Made by a program: the position numbers and the translations under genes. 64,000 nt of DNA from Octopus vulgaris (taxonomy: Eukaryota), in assembly GCA_951406725.2 (NCBI GenBank), contig OX597815.1, positions 85,746,001 through 85,810,000 on the forward strand, read 5' to 3'. The notes beneath the pieces were generated by a model, which searched no databases, had not been told where the DNA came from, and saw nothing but the letters and a program-made list of their open reading frames with translations. Within the stretch, counting starts at the first letter, position 1. Every line of letters starts with the position of its first letter. This document shows positions 41,000-55,278 of the stretch, in pieces.

Positions 41000-42169
41000 A
41001 CACACGCACATACTCAAAATAACAAAAGGAGGGATAACATTTGCTAATACTAATTCAAAACTGAAACTGTAGAAATTGAAAGTAAATTAGGAAAAAATTC
41101 CTAGCCCTACCAAAAAGGCAAAAAAAACAAAAACAAAAAAAAAACAAACCAAAAACCAACAGCAACAAAAAACAAAACAAAACAAAACGAAATAGAACAA
41201 CTGTGAGCAGATAAAACAAAAGTAAGTAATTAACGACTACAAATAGGAAATGGTGAGTGAAGTTTTGGGAGAACTTATTACCATACAATGATATTATGTT
41301 TACACTGGTCACGTTTTGCTATGAATGTCTAATTTCAATGATTCCATCGGCAAAAACATTATTTATTGGTCATTGTGGACAGTCAGGAAATAGCTACCAT
41401 TTCCTGACCGTATTTCTTTCTTTGTGTCTCATTACACCAAACGATTCTTTCTTTAAGTAGCCTGTCTCATTCTAGAAAGGAAAATAATATTTTTCCGTAC
41501 AATAGTTTTTTTCTGTCAAACTAAACTATATTGTCTTTTTCTTTTATCTTAAGCTTTGGTAGACACTATGTAACCGAATTTAGAGGAATTTCATATGCAA
41601 CGTTAAGGCATTTCTCAGGATTAACATCGACAGAACTTGTTGTTATGTACCTACACCTCAGCACTGATCGAACAAATTTATGATTAAATCATTCTAGTCG
41701 TGATCATTCAGTCTTTTCCATGTACAGTAAACCAATGAAGATATCCAATTTGGTCTGTTCTATGACGGTGTTGGGGTCTAATTTGAGTGAGATTTCACTA
41801 TGATATCCAGCAGGCTGAGCTAACACGTAGAAGCCAATTGCTGGTTTGACTGGTGCGGGTGAAATGAAATGACAGATGTTAAATGAAACATAGGCACATT
41901 TTGTTTATGAGTGGCTGAAAGGTCGAGCTTTCAAACTAATAAATCTTGACATTCTTCCATAACTGTTATGTTTGAGAAAGTTTCTACAAATTTATTTAAG
42001 CATTCACCCACTCAGTTGCGGAAAGGCGTGCGCGCGCGCACCCACCCACAGATATGTACGCACATATAATGTAATATGTGTATATACTTACAGACATACA
42101 CTCACACACACACAACACATATAGTCACACATATATGTACACACATATAATGTAATATATGTATATATA

Positions 42170-42790
42170 CTATTTCTTCTCTGTCTATACTTCTCCCTCT
42201 CTTGTTCATCCTTTCTGATTTTCTCTCCCACCCTTCCCTATTCTTCTCCTCTCCCCTTCACCGTTCCCTCTCTCTCACTCCTTCTCCTCGACTCTCTCGT
42301 CGCTGGCACGTGATCAGAGGGAAGCCATCTTTCCAACTGCTATCTTCACAAAGACCAGCTTATCCTGTCTCTTCATAAGCTGTCTCCTTAAGCGTTCAGA
42401 ATAATTTTTCCATCGTCTTGGCTTCATAGCCCTCATCGTTTGTTTTTACTGTTTTGTTCTCACTGTCCTGTTTTTGTTACGACTTTCACCCTCCGCAAAA
42501 AATCCCAAATTTTATTTAATTTGGTTTGCGGGATGGACTGTTTCAACGAAGTTGCGTCTTGTCCTTACCTTCAAAACGCGGAGTAGATGAAACAAGAACA
42601 ACTGAAGAAGGGAATATTCCTTGTGTTGTATGTCTTGTTTCTCTGTTTTTTCATTGTTTGAAAAAAAGTTCGTTTCTATGTTTTTGTTTTTATGTTTTTG
42701 TTTCTCATTGTGTTCAACGTTTTTTTTATGTCCTCTACCCATATATGCATGTATATATACATATATGCATATATTTATATATTATTTATA
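42170..42790 (+). mobile_element. Repeat family F copy
   Basis: Collinear reverse complement of about 62110-62860, e.g. CTCGACTCTCTCGTCGCTG and TTTCTCATTGTGTTCAACGTTTTTTT. Confidence 0.8.
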
Positions 42791-42791
42791 T

Positions 42792-42866
<75 letters not shown>

Positions 42867-42869
42867 TCT

Positions 42870-43304
42870 TTAACTCTTTTGCACGCTTCAGCTATTTGAC
42901 TGCGCACCTATTTAGTCAAAGAAATCGACCCCAAAGCCCATTCTTTCAAAGACTAGTACTTATTCTATAAGTCGCCTTTGCCGAACGGCTATGTTTCGGG
43001 GACATAAACACACCAACATCGGTTGCCAAGCGATGGTGGGGGGACAAACACTGACACAAAGTAACAAACACATAAGTATATATACATGTACATACATATA
43101 TATATATATATATGTTTATACCACGCTCAGAGATTTATTATTGCTTGTTTACACTTTTTCGATATCAGTGACTTTTCGTCACTGGAAAAAGGATACATAC
43201 TTGCAAACGGAGGCCTTTTCATCGACAACTCGTGATTGTCACACGCTGATGCCCTGAAATGATTTTTATAAAATAATTTTAGCATTTTCTATCTTGACTT
43301 TTTC

Positions 43305-43343
<39 letters not shown>

Positions 43344-43502
43344 AACGACTGGTTTCTTTCAGTTTCCGTCTACCAAATCCATTCAGAAGGGTTTGGTCGG
43401 TCCGGGGCTCTATTAGAAGACACTAGCTCAGGATGACACGCAATGGGACTGAACTCGGAACCACGTGGTTGGAAAGCAAGCTTCTTACCACACACCCACG
43501 CC
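42870..43502 (-). mobile_element. SINE family B in two pieces (3' part 42870-43060, 5' part 43345-43502)
   Basis: Matches to the core and head of 61633-62039, separated by unrelated sequence and (TA)n. Confidence 0.65.
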
Positions 43503-44369
43503 TTACATGTGTGTGTGTGTGTGTTTGTGTCGACCACCATCTTCGCTTGACAACCGATGTTGGTGCATTTGTATGGTAGAGATATATATGATATTGTAGC
43601 AATAACCATTTTAGCCATTTTGAAATGTGGCGCGAATTGGCAATATGACGTAATGTCGTATTGCCGAAGAATTATTATTTTCGTTTTTTCCATTGGTTAA
43701 TATAACTGCTCATATAAAGATTCTAGAAGTTTCGAAAAGAATATTTGTTATGGATTTCGATTCTTTTTAAGTCAAGTTGAGCAGTTATAAAAACCCTGGA
43801 TTTTGGAAAATATATCAGTGTTCGTTGGTTGTCACTTAACTCCACGACACTCACTCTTTTGGAGACATCGGTAATTTTTATGCCATGTCTAAGTTAATCA
43901 CAAATCTATTCTGTTTTGTTGGTTAATGCATTAGATAGAAAGAAGAAATTAGTTAATGAATTTATGGTCTTTCTTCTTCACGACAAAGTAATCTTTCTTA
44001 TTGTAAATAATATAATATGTTATATCTATATAATAAAAAATAATTAAAAAGGAAATGTTTCTCTTCACGTTTGTTTTTCAACTGAGCATAAATAAGTATG
44101 CGTTTCTGTAATCCTTGATTATGTTTTCTTATAGCGGTTTAAAGGACACGATTAAAATAATCAACATACATGTCATTAATATAGCGTTTCATGCGTATAT
44201 GTCTCTATGACGTTATAACTGTAGTAGGGTTTTAGGTATAATGATAACACTTGAGTATAAGTGACGTTGAATCCTTATATTCTCCCTTACTCAGAGAAAA
44301 GCCAAAAAAGCTTAAGGTAGAATAAACAAAAACCGCCGTAGGAAAATATTATATATATATATTCATATA

Positions 44370-44481
<112 letters not shown>

Positions 44482-45309
44482 TGCATGTATTTACTTGTAT
44501 GTTTGTGTGTCTGTGTGTTTATGTCTCTGTTTATGTGTGCTTCATCTTCTACTGTTTTCCGTCATTATCGATCTCGGAAAAAAACAAAAGCTTAAGTCGA
44601 CTGGGTGCTAATTGAATAAACCAAAACTCATTAAACCAAACACACGCATCGACATACAGACATACACACACACTGACTCACACAGACCCACTAACATACC
44701 ACATATAGTTACTGCCATATAGTTACAAATATTCAAATAGTCATATACATACTCACACACACACACAACAACAACAACAACAACAACAAAACCAACAACA
44801 TACGCACACAACCACACATGTATATAAATACATACATATGTATATACATTCAAACGTGCAAACATGCTCAGAGCTTGTTTCTCTTTTTATTTTTGATCTC
44901 AAGGTCGAAGCGTGTACTATCTTACCTATGAACATTATTTTACACAACGTAGCTTAATCTTGGCTCCAAATCGTAACACATTCCATGTATACGTTCCGGC
45001 GTTAGTTCCGTTTTCTATTATAAACCGCTCTCCTCACAACCCGTCCTTATTTATACATACATCATAGTCTCTTTTACTGTCCTTGTTTCAACTTTCCTGT
45101 CCTTGTACGTCTATCAGGGTTCACCATCTATACTCCAGCACCTTACGTTGCTGGCGCGCAAAATTTAACAGTATTGTCAGATTGTGTCGAAACTGTGATG
45201 ATATTTTGTTATCATCTGATGAGGGTTAGCGTACATTCGTTTCTGAAGCTTTTGTTTGTCATCACTTTGTGCAATCATTTGTTATTATTGTTGTTACACA
45301 TTAGACAAA

Positions 45310-45510
45310 GGCGGCGGCCTGGCAGAACCGTTAGCAAGTCGGATAAAATGCTTAGTGGCATTTCGTCCCTCTTTATATTCTGAGCTTAAATTTCACCGAG
45401 TTCGACTTTGCATTTCATTCTTTTGGAGTCGATAAATTAAGCACCAGTAAAGCATTGGGGTTCATGTAATCGACTAGCAACCTCCCCACAAATTTCAGGC
45501 ATTGTGACGA
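45310..45510 (+). mobile_element. SINE family A copy
   Basis: GGCGGCGGCCTGGCAGAACCGTTAGC head and GACTTTGCATTTCATTCTTTTGGAGTCGATAAA core. Confidence 0.8.
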
Positions 45511-46121
45511 TAATAGACTTACACTTTAGACATACGTACACATATATACTCACAGACACGCATATATATTACATAAATATGCATACATGCATCTGATAGG
45601 CCTCTCACTATTTCGGTTTACCTAATTTCATTTACGAAATTTTGGTCGACCTGAGACCACGACAAACGTCACCTGATCACTATGTTGCAGAATCGCTCAG
45701 GTGTCTTCTTCATTTATAGCTCTATCAGTATTGTGCAATGAACTGTTAACCTCATTACAGTCATGTCTGCATCCTAAAAATATTTTTGTTAAAAGTGCCT
45801 CTAATCAGAGATGATATAATGAAATTCGGGTTATATAATATATTTAATGCAAGTGACTAGACAATGCGCATGGCCTAGTGGTTAGAGTGTTGCGCGATCG
45901 ATAACTCATGTGTTCAATTCTCGGACGAGCGACCTGTTGTGTTCTTGAGCAAAACACCTTATTTCACGTTGCTCTTGTAAATGACTAACCCTGCGGCGGA
46001 ATAGACTTTCGATCATGGGGTATGTTGGCATGCTCGCCTTGCCAACGAGCTGGTTTCATTTGAAAGCTAAAACACACAAACACACATACACTCGCACGAA
46101 CACACGCACACGCATGCAAAC

Positions 46122-46196
<75 letters not shown>

Positions 46197-46250
46197 CTGT
46201 ATATGTATATATGCATAATATATATAAATACATCATGTATATATATATAA

Positions 46251-46988
46251 ATAAATAAATATAAGGATGATATTAAAATACCGTCACGAGTGGTAAGCGA
46301 ATTATCAGTCGTACAGGCAAATTAATAAAATATATACATACAATATTAGATATGTACATATATATACACAAGGGTACTATATGAGTACCTATATCCCTAA
46401 AAAATAGAAGTCAAAAAATACTTCTGTACCACAGAATAGTCACAAATCTATTACAGACATATTTTTTTAGCGATATAGGTACTCATGTAGTACTCCTGTG
46501 TATATATATGTACATACATAATATTTTATGTATATATTTTATTAATTTGCCTGTACGGCTGATAATTCGCTTACTACTCGTGATGGTATTTTAATATCAT
46601 CCCTATATTCATTTATAAATTCTACAAATTTCGTTTCTTCCTATAATACTCGGTCACTTCAAACGAACGTTTGCAGATATGGTGGGGGAGAATGTTAGTA
46701 GTAATTTAGCTGGCGGAATTTGGCTGATGAGAAATCGGGCACCTATTTGGTGCGAAATTTCGAAACCGATACCAAGTTGGTCAGCATTTACTTGTTCTGA
46801 TCCAGTAGAGGTAAGACATTATTATTGGTCACTGATATTTTTTCCTACCATGTCTGTAATAGATTTGTGACTATTCCGTGGTACAGAAGTAGTTTTTAAC
46901 TTCTATTATTTTAGCGATATAGGTACTCATGTAGTACCCTTATGTATATATATGTACATATCTAATATTGTATGTATATATTTTATTT
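46251..46988 (+). mobile_element. Non-coding HHR-bearing element: 444-bp monomer with about 80-bp terminal redundancy plus 210-bp inverted copy (retrozyme / non-autonomous Penelope-like)
   Basis: TTAGCGATATAGGTACTCATGTAGTAC at 46467 and 46911. 46251-46460 is the reverse complement of 46850-46910 joined to 46467-46616. Confidence 0.8.
46709..46785 (+). ncRNA. Type I hammerhead ribozyme
   Basis: GCTGGCGGAATTTGG-CTGATGA-GAAAT..GCACC-TATTT-GGTGC..ATTTC-GAAA-CCGA-TA-CCAAGTTGGTCAGC. Core boxes intact, long helix I, 5+5 bp helix II. Helix III ACCGAT is one change from palindromic ACCGGT. Confidence 0.8.
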
Positions 46989-47014
46989 ACATTATATATA
47001 TGTATACATTATAG

Positions 47015-47057
<43 letters not shown>

Positions 47058-47689
47058 ATGTATATATCACATACACACACGCGCGCGCACGCACACATAC
47101 CCTTACACACACACATATATATATTATTATATATGTGGGTATCTGAATTATTCAATATTTTGGAAGGTATAGTTTTCAAACGAAGGCTGTTTGAAACCGT
47201 CCAATCAACGCGTCAACCTTCCTGGTAGTCGTAAACTAATATAATCTTATATAAACCCAATTTTGGGGACAGCTGAAAACAATGCAAAAAAGTAAAAACG
47301 AGAGAAAAAGAGGCCGATGAATACTTTGGAATATGTCAGGAAAACGTTCTGATTTATGGTATTACAGCCACAGCAAGTGGCTACGATTTTCTTCTTACTC
47401 CTCATAACTTGTAAGTTCAAAAAGTGAAACCTTTAACGACATCCACCAAACTCCTGACATTTGTCGATTAGGAATTTCAGATTCTACATGTGCTTCTTTC
47501 TGATATACTGTTGTAACCAATCATTAATGCAAAATATGGAATTTTGTTTCAGTATTTATATAACGATTTTATGTACGTAAAAACTCTAATGCACTGAAAA
47601 CTAAAGGTGTCGTCAATATCATTAACATTCTGCTCCCTTTCTAATCTACCTTCTCCTCCTTATACTTACTACTGCTACTGCTGCTGCTG

Positions 47690-47753
<64 letters not shown>

Positions 47754-49850
47754 GTAAAGCTATAAGCAACGAAACGAATGTCAAATAACAACTCAATGTG
47801 TTGGGAGTTACAGAAGAAAAGGAAGCAAAGACTGTCAGAAGCCTCCCAAAAATTCATAAAGCGATCAACGCACAATTTATAAACATGATCATGTTTATCA
47901 CAGAAACAGGAATGAGGTAGGTTTCGTGAGACGTATGTTGGAAGGAAAGATACCATTAAAGTAGAAATACATCTTATACTCCATACGGGAGGCGACGAGA
48001 GAGGAATGATGAGAATTAGAAAAAAAATGCTTAGTAACGTTAAGAGGCAGTACAAGAGAAGAAAGACCCGTAGAACAACGACTATGGAACAACGACTAAG
48101 GAAGAAGAGAGATAAAAAAAATGTAAATTTGCGGCAATGAGAGAGGGGTTGAAGTAAAACTACGTAAACAAGACCAATAATCTAACAAACTCGCTTTTCA
48201 ACATGTTTTAAAAGAGGAAGAACAGAAGGAAGAACATCAACCCAAATATGGCAATAATATTTCATACAAAGGCAAATAAGACATTAGTAAGAAAGGGAAA
48301 ATACGTTCAGTGAAAAGTTAATGATGAGCTTGGTATAGCGGCTGATTTAGCAATCGATCTAATATAATATTTCCAAGATGGATATTTAGAAAATGGCAAG
48401 AGAAGACTAGAAATGGGAATATCATTGTAGTTCTTGTAGTGATTAATAGAAAGTAGTTTAGTTTTTGCAGAGTTGAAAATACCGGGCCAAGAATACAATC
48501 CTAATGAACAGCAGAGGAGATAGTATAATGACAAAATGGTGGTCTTTAACAATAACTTTAGTGCTACATTCATCTGGAAAATATTCAAGGGTTTCTAACG
48601 CTTCTTCGAAAATGATTTAAGCCTTAAGAATGTGGCGATGACCTTTCAAATGTTCTCTTTATGTCATCAATAATAACAGTTGTTTTTGATATTCATGGGT
48701 AACAGTACTCGTTTTGGAACAACTTCTCTCAAGGGCAACTTCTCTCAACCCTATAAACAGAGCGCAGTAAAACCGTTTACTTATTTGTCATAAAATCAGC
48801 AACGAAAACGAAGTATTGAAGCTGTTCTGTTTGTCAGAACATAGACAGAGTAATTCACAATTGAGGGTCGGAATTATTTGATAAAAGACTTGGGGATAGG
48901 GGATTCATGGACCGGGGTCATCATTCACGGTAATGTTTGGATGCCGACTTTTTTTCAGGAGATGCTGTGCTGGGTAAGATTTGTCTAGATGATAGGAGTG
49001 GATTATTTTCTCTGAGTGACGTCGATATAATTTTTGCCTGAAATGCAGTAAGGCAAATATAAGTAAAATATCAAGGAGACTTCCGACAATGAATTGTTGT
49101 ATATGCATTGTGCATTGACATAACACTGAGAATGGTTTCAGACACCCATTTAATCATCCTTACTCGACCGTACTCGGCAGTTGGTGACTTTCAACTCTGC
49201 AAAAACTAAACTACTTTCTATTAATCATTACAGGAGCTACAATGGTATTCCCATTTCTAGTCTTTGTCTTTTCGTTTTATCGATTTCTAAATGTCCTTCT
49301 AGGAATGATTGTATTAGAACTGTTAATAAATCAGCCGCTATACCAAGCTCACCATGAACTTTTCACTGAATTTATTCTCCCCTTCTTACCAATCACTTAT
49401 TTACCTGTGTGTGAAAAAATATTGTCTCATTTAGGTTGATACCCTTCTTTGTGTTCTTTCTCTCTTAAAACATGTTGAAAAGCGAGTTTGTTAGATTATT
49501 GGTCTGGTTTAAGTAGCTTTACTTCAACCCCTCTCTCATTGCCACGAAATTACATTTTTTTAAATATTTCTCTTCTATAAAGACTCCCGTAGTCATTGTT
49601 CTGCTGGACTTCATAACGTTGCTAATCGAATGATGCATTTTTTTGCTACTTCTTTTTTTTTCCCTTCCTAAGATGTGTTTCTACTTTAATAGTTTTTCCT
49701 TCCACCATACGTCTCATGAATCCTACCACGTTCTTTGATAAACGTGATCATATTCATAAATCGTGTATTGAACGCACTACAGTTCTTTTGATATTCTTTC
49801 TTTCCTTTTCTTCTGTAACTCCCAACACATTAAGGCGTTGTCATTTTATC
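47690..49850. mobile_element. Degraded CR1/Jockey-like LINE on the minus strand ending in (TAG)n, plus an inverted second copy of its 3' part
   Basis: Minus FNSAKTKLLSIN..SWKYYIRSIAKSA. About 47770-48250 is the reverse complement of about 49430-49850 (e.g. AATAATCTAACAAACTCGCTTTTCAACATGTTTTA). Confidence 0.6.
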
Positions 49851-50021
49851 ACATCTTATTTTCTGACATTAGTTTTAATACGAAATAAGCAAAATATTTA
49901 TGACGATAGAGTTTTGTATGAATAGATTGTCGCATGTATCTGAAACGCTAAGCGATGAAATAGAGAGGCTTGATCAGTGATTCATGTACATTATGTTTTT
50001 AATAAAACGTCTTGAATGAAT

Positions 50022-50417
50022 CTTTACTCTAGGCACAAGGCCCGACATTTTGTGGGAGGGGGCCAGTCGATTAGATCGAACCCAGTACGCAACTGGTACT
50101 TAATTTACCGACCCCAGAAGGATGAAAGGCAAAGTCAACCTCGACGGAATTCGAACTCAGAACGTAATGACAGACGAAATACCTATTTCTTTACTACCCA
50201 CAAGGGACTAAACACAGAGAGGACAAACAAGAACAGACAAACGGATTAAGTCGATTATATCGACCCTAGTGCGTAACTGGTACTTAATTTAACGACCACG
50301 AAAGGATGAAAGGCAAAGTCGACCTCGGCGGAATTTGAACTCAGAACGTAGCGGTAGACAAAATACCGCTAAGAATTTCGTCCGGCGTGCTAACGATTCT
50401 GCCATCTCGCCGCCTTT
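50022..50417 (-). mobile_element. SINE family A, two-module copy
   Basis: 16-bp TSD AAC(G/A)TCTTGAATGAAT at 50006-50021 and 50418-50433. Junction GACGAAATACCTATTTCTTTACTACCC. Confidence 0.88.
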
Positions 50418-50948
50418 AACATCTTGAATGAATGACAAGTCGGTGACTAAAATGTTGTATAAACATTTTAAAGTTTATAATTAGTATTAACATCTAGGAG
50501 ATAGGTTATCAGTTGTAATAATTAGTTTTAGGAGAGATGATAAGGATTATAAGCTTAAAATGGATGTATGTATACATACATAGGTAGAAGCATGCATACA
50601 TGCATACGTATACACATACATACATACATAAATACATACATACATACATACATATATACATACATACATACATACATAGATACATACATACATACATACA
50701 TACATACATACATACATACAGGTATGTGTATACATAAACTATACACGCTAAGGAAACAGTTTATGCCATTCAATGAATTAAATTACCTACACAAACACAC
50801 GCACAGACACACACACATACATCATATATCAACTTGTCATGGCATGTGATAAATTATTTTAAATAAATTAAACATTTGTTAATTAGTTTCTATTAAATTG
50901 CGAAAGTTAAATGAAGGCATATACAGACGCTAATATATGATCTCGTAA

Positions 50949-51150
50949 AGGCGACGAGCAGGCAGAAACGTTAGCAAGCCGAGCGAAATGCTTAGCAGTA
51001 TTTCGTCTGTCTTTACGTTCTGAGTTCAAATTCCGCCGAGGTCAACTTTGCCTTTCATCATTTCGGTGTCGATAAATTAAGCACTAGTTGCGTACTGGGG
51101 TCAATCTGATCGACTTTTCCCCTTCCTTTTGCGGGCCTTGTACCTTGAGA
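50949..51150 (+). mobile_element. SINE family A monomer
   Basis: GGCGACGAGCAGGCAGAAACGTTAGC..GAGTTCAAATTCCGCCGAGGTCAACTTTGCCTTTCATC. Confidence 0.85.
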
Positions 51151-51277
51151 AGAAAAGAATATATGATATCGCATATAAGAATAAAAATCTATAAAAAAAG
51201 GTAGAAATATGCATATATACGAGCTTATAAAAGTTGAGAATCGGAACAACTGAGGCAGTATATGTTAATAAACGTAG

Positions 51278-51341
<64 letters not shown>

Positions 51342-51529
51342 ACATATGTATGTACGTATAGATAAATAACGTATACATTTATAGACACACATACACATAA
51401 ATACATACACATAGGCATACGTAAATACGCACGCACACGCACACATATAAAAAGTATGTGTAAGGGTGTGCATATATATAAGGTCATATCGTTATGTATG
51501 TCTCTCTCTCTCTCTGTATCTCTCTCTCT

Positions 51530-51598
<69 letters not shown>

Positions 51599-51719
51599 CA
51601 ATAATAAGATGTCAACAAAAGAATGAGACCTCGATATTATGTAAATAGAGGAATTTATATATGTATATAGCGTCTGAGCTGTTTATATCTTTGGTAATTT
51701 TGTTGAGGTATCTAAGTTG

Positions 51720-52760
51720 TTTATACCTAACGGGCGATTTACGGAATTTAACGCTCCTTACAGAAGAATTACAGAACTACGAATAAGGATACACTTAGAA
51801 AAGCCAACTTGGAAATTAAGAAAATCATGGTTACTCATGATAATAAACACAATCGTCGAAAGATCCTACGGGTGTTTACACTGGAAAAGACACACCTTTC
51901 ACTCATATAAATAGTGACTAATATAGATAACCCCTCGATTTCAAAAAAAATTTTTCCTATATTTCACCCCAATAGTCAAAAAGATTTTCTTATATTCTCA
52001 ATTACTACTATCCATCCTTGCGTTGCCTCTCACCTCGCCCGATTCTTTCTCCCTTTCGCTATCTACTTTCCTTTCTCTACAGTAAACATAATCGAACACA
52101 CAGACACAGACCTTTCACCTCACAGCTGTCAGTTTTCTGACATCTACCCATCCACAAACACAATCACACATTCAGACACACACATACACACATTAAGACA
52201 GTTATATACAGTCACATACACAGGCACTCATTCACAAAAGAAATCATTTAAACCCACCATTCTTTTGACCTGCACTCTCTCACCTTACTATTCTTATGCC
52301 TCCCTCCTCCTACTTCGTTTGAATTCTCGAACCTTTAGAAACTTCTAGATTCTTCTACATTCAGCCACTCTGACGTCACTCATTATAAAGAGACACTCAT
52401 TATCGCCATGGGCTCCTTGAGAGCGGTCAGCTAAAAGCTTTTTGTGCATTTTGATGTCGACATAAGTTCCTTGATTTTCCTGATGAGAAATCTGCATAAT
52501 GTACTCCTTATTCCTTCGGAATTAGGAATATGCAGCCTTCGAAACATATGTCGAGAATAAAGGATATTTGTTAACTAGTCGTTCAACTCCATTCTTTCAT
52601 ATACTTATAATTTTAAAATAAACATACAAATTTCCGCACGAAGACACGTAGTCTATGCCCTAGGGCCGTAGCTTCAACCGTGTTCTTTCTGATGTGAATT
52701 TGCTACCCAGGTATCGGTTATCTTTCGAATTATCCTTAATAAGATAATTCATTCAATTAC
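51720..52760 (+). mobile_element. 5'-truncated Penelope-like element (possible GIY-YIG C-terminal remnant, pyrimidine-rich UTR, HHR-bearing pLTR)
   Basis: NLEIKKIMVTHDNKHNRRKILRVFTL loosely fits the Penelope endonuclease C-terminus. HHR at 52469 followed by AATAAA. 3' part matches 20478-20748. Confidence 0.55.
52469..52563 (+). ncRNA. Type I hammerhead ribozyme with complete catalytic core
   Basis: CCTTGATTTTC-CTGATGA-GAAATCTGCATA..TATGCAGCCTTC-GAAA-CATATG-TC-GAGAATAAAGG. Helix I 10 of 11 pairs, helix II 10 of 12, palindromic ACATATGT helix III. GUC cleavage predicted after C52552. Confidence 0.88.
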
Positions 52761-52771
52761 TCAAATATATA

Positions 52772-52817
<46 letters not shown>

Positions 52818-52826
52818 TGAAAATGC

Positions 52827-52873
<47 letters not shown>

Positions 52874-52914
52874 TAGATAGATATATAGACACACACACAC
52901 ACACATATATATAT

Positions 52915-53147
<233 letters not shown>

Positions 53148-53992
53148 AAGAAAAAAGTAACAAGAATGGATCAGTAATTTAGTACACTTGTTTCATACTA
53201 AAAACCTAGGTACTGATTTGTGGTAGAATATTGACTCTTAACAGCCGAGCCTGTCATATGCATGTGACTTCTAATATATAAATATAGCGGGAAGCTATTG
53301 CTGTCGAAGTAAAACTTATTATATTTTATTCATGCGATAGAAAACGCAATCTAAATTCTCAGCTTGTTGTTGCTTATTTGTGTATTCCAGTGCAACTCCA
53401 ACCGAAATCATTCACTAAATATATATACATAAGACTACATTACCGAACGTGTCCAATTATTTTAAAGAGAGAATGATTTTATTCGTATCCCCACGTATGT
53501 GTTCATGCGCCTGTTTCCATGTACACACACGCGCTCGCACGCACGTATATGAATTGAATGATTTCAAAATATCGCCATTTGTTTCGACTTCATTATTACA
53601 ACGTATACGACTCAAAGCTAGTACTGACTCAACCAACCTTCGCACTGATAGAAAGGGATAACCATCCCTCTGTTACACATCCATTAATGTTATATTGCCT
53701 GAATAAAGGAATCCATAAAAATGATGAACCCGATGCCCACGAATATGGACTGTGATCTTAAGAGAAATGTAATTTGGGAAATTCCATCTAAGGATTATTG
53801 TAATTACTATATATATCCTACATTAAATCATGATAGCTCGATCAACCCCCAAATACTGGTTCACCAGTCCGCATCACTAGATTGTGGTGGCATAACGGAA
53901 TAGGAAGTATATTTGCATATTCAAAACGTTTCACGCAAATATATATAGAAGATATATATACATTCATGCATATGTGTATGAGTATATATATA

Positions 53993-55278
53993 CGAGGGGC
54001 GTTCAATAAGTAATGCTCGTGACCCACTTACAATTATTTGATCTAGCTGAAATTTTGCATGTGCAATTATTTATATATCTAGAGATTAAGTGGCAAATTA
54101 CAGCTCTGAACTAATTGTGGTTTCTGATTTACAGGTGTTTGAACTGAGTCAAGTGTGAAATGGAGCCTGTTGAGTGTCGAGCAGTGATCCGGTTTTTGTA
54201 TTTGAAAGGACGCACACCACAGGAGACTTTTGATGAAATGAAAGTAACTTATGGTGATGATGCCCCATCATATGACCTTGTAAAATGATGGCATCGTGGA
54301 TTCAAACATGGTTGGAACTCTGTGGAAACAGCTCCCAGATCTGGTCGCCCCCCTTCTGCCATTGATGAGGCATCTGTCCGTCAAGTTGAGGCTGCCATTT
54401 TGGAAGATCGATGCATAACTATTCGCCAAATAGCCCATGAGGTCAAGATTAGTACCAGGTCTGTGGAAACTATCATTCATGACCATTTGCATATGCAAAA
54501 GGTGTCTGCTAGATGGATTCCCAGGTTGCTCACACCTTTCCAGAAGCAAGAACACGTCGAGTGCTTGAGGATGAATTTGGAGATGTGCCAAGAAGATGAG
54601 TCAAAATTTTTCAAAAGACTGATTACACAGGATGAAACCTGGGTCCATCACTATGATCCAGAGACCAAAGCCCAGTCAATGCAGTGGAATCACCGTGACT
54701 CACTTCCTCCAAAGAAGGCAAGGGTGCAGCCCTCCGCTGGCAAGGTCATGCTCACAGTCTTCTGGGACCAGGACGGAGTAGTGATGACAGATTTCCTGGC
54801 AAAGGGTACCACAATTACAGGAGCCTATTATGCTTCACTTTTGAAGAAATTAAGAGAAACTATCAAAATCAAGAGGCGGGGCAAGATCAGCAAAGGCATC
54901 CTCCTCCTGCAGGACAACGCTCCGGTCCACAACTCGCTTGTCGCCAGATCAGAAGCACAGGCGTGCGGCTATGAACTCCTCCCCATCCCCCCTACTCTCC
55001 TGACCTTGCACCCTCTGATTTTCACCTCTTCCCAGCCATGAAGTTGATTCTGAAAGGAAAGCGTTTCCCAGATGATGCAGCCTTGATTTCTGAAGTCACG
55101 TCGTGGTTGGAGGACCAAACTGGGGTCTTCTACAAAAACGGTCTCCAGAGCTGCATCAAGATGGGAGAAATGCGTAAATCTGGGTGGTTCCTATGTAGAA
55201 AAAGACTAATAACTTTGCCAAGTTTCGTTGCTCTACTGCAATGGGAAGTGGATCAGGGGCATTACTTATTGAACGCCC

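Noticed and set aside
45866-45925. tRNA-like A and B boxes (also at 3696, 12330-12388 and 61633)
   Set aside because: SINE heads with no complete cloverleaf, continuing into SINE bodies.
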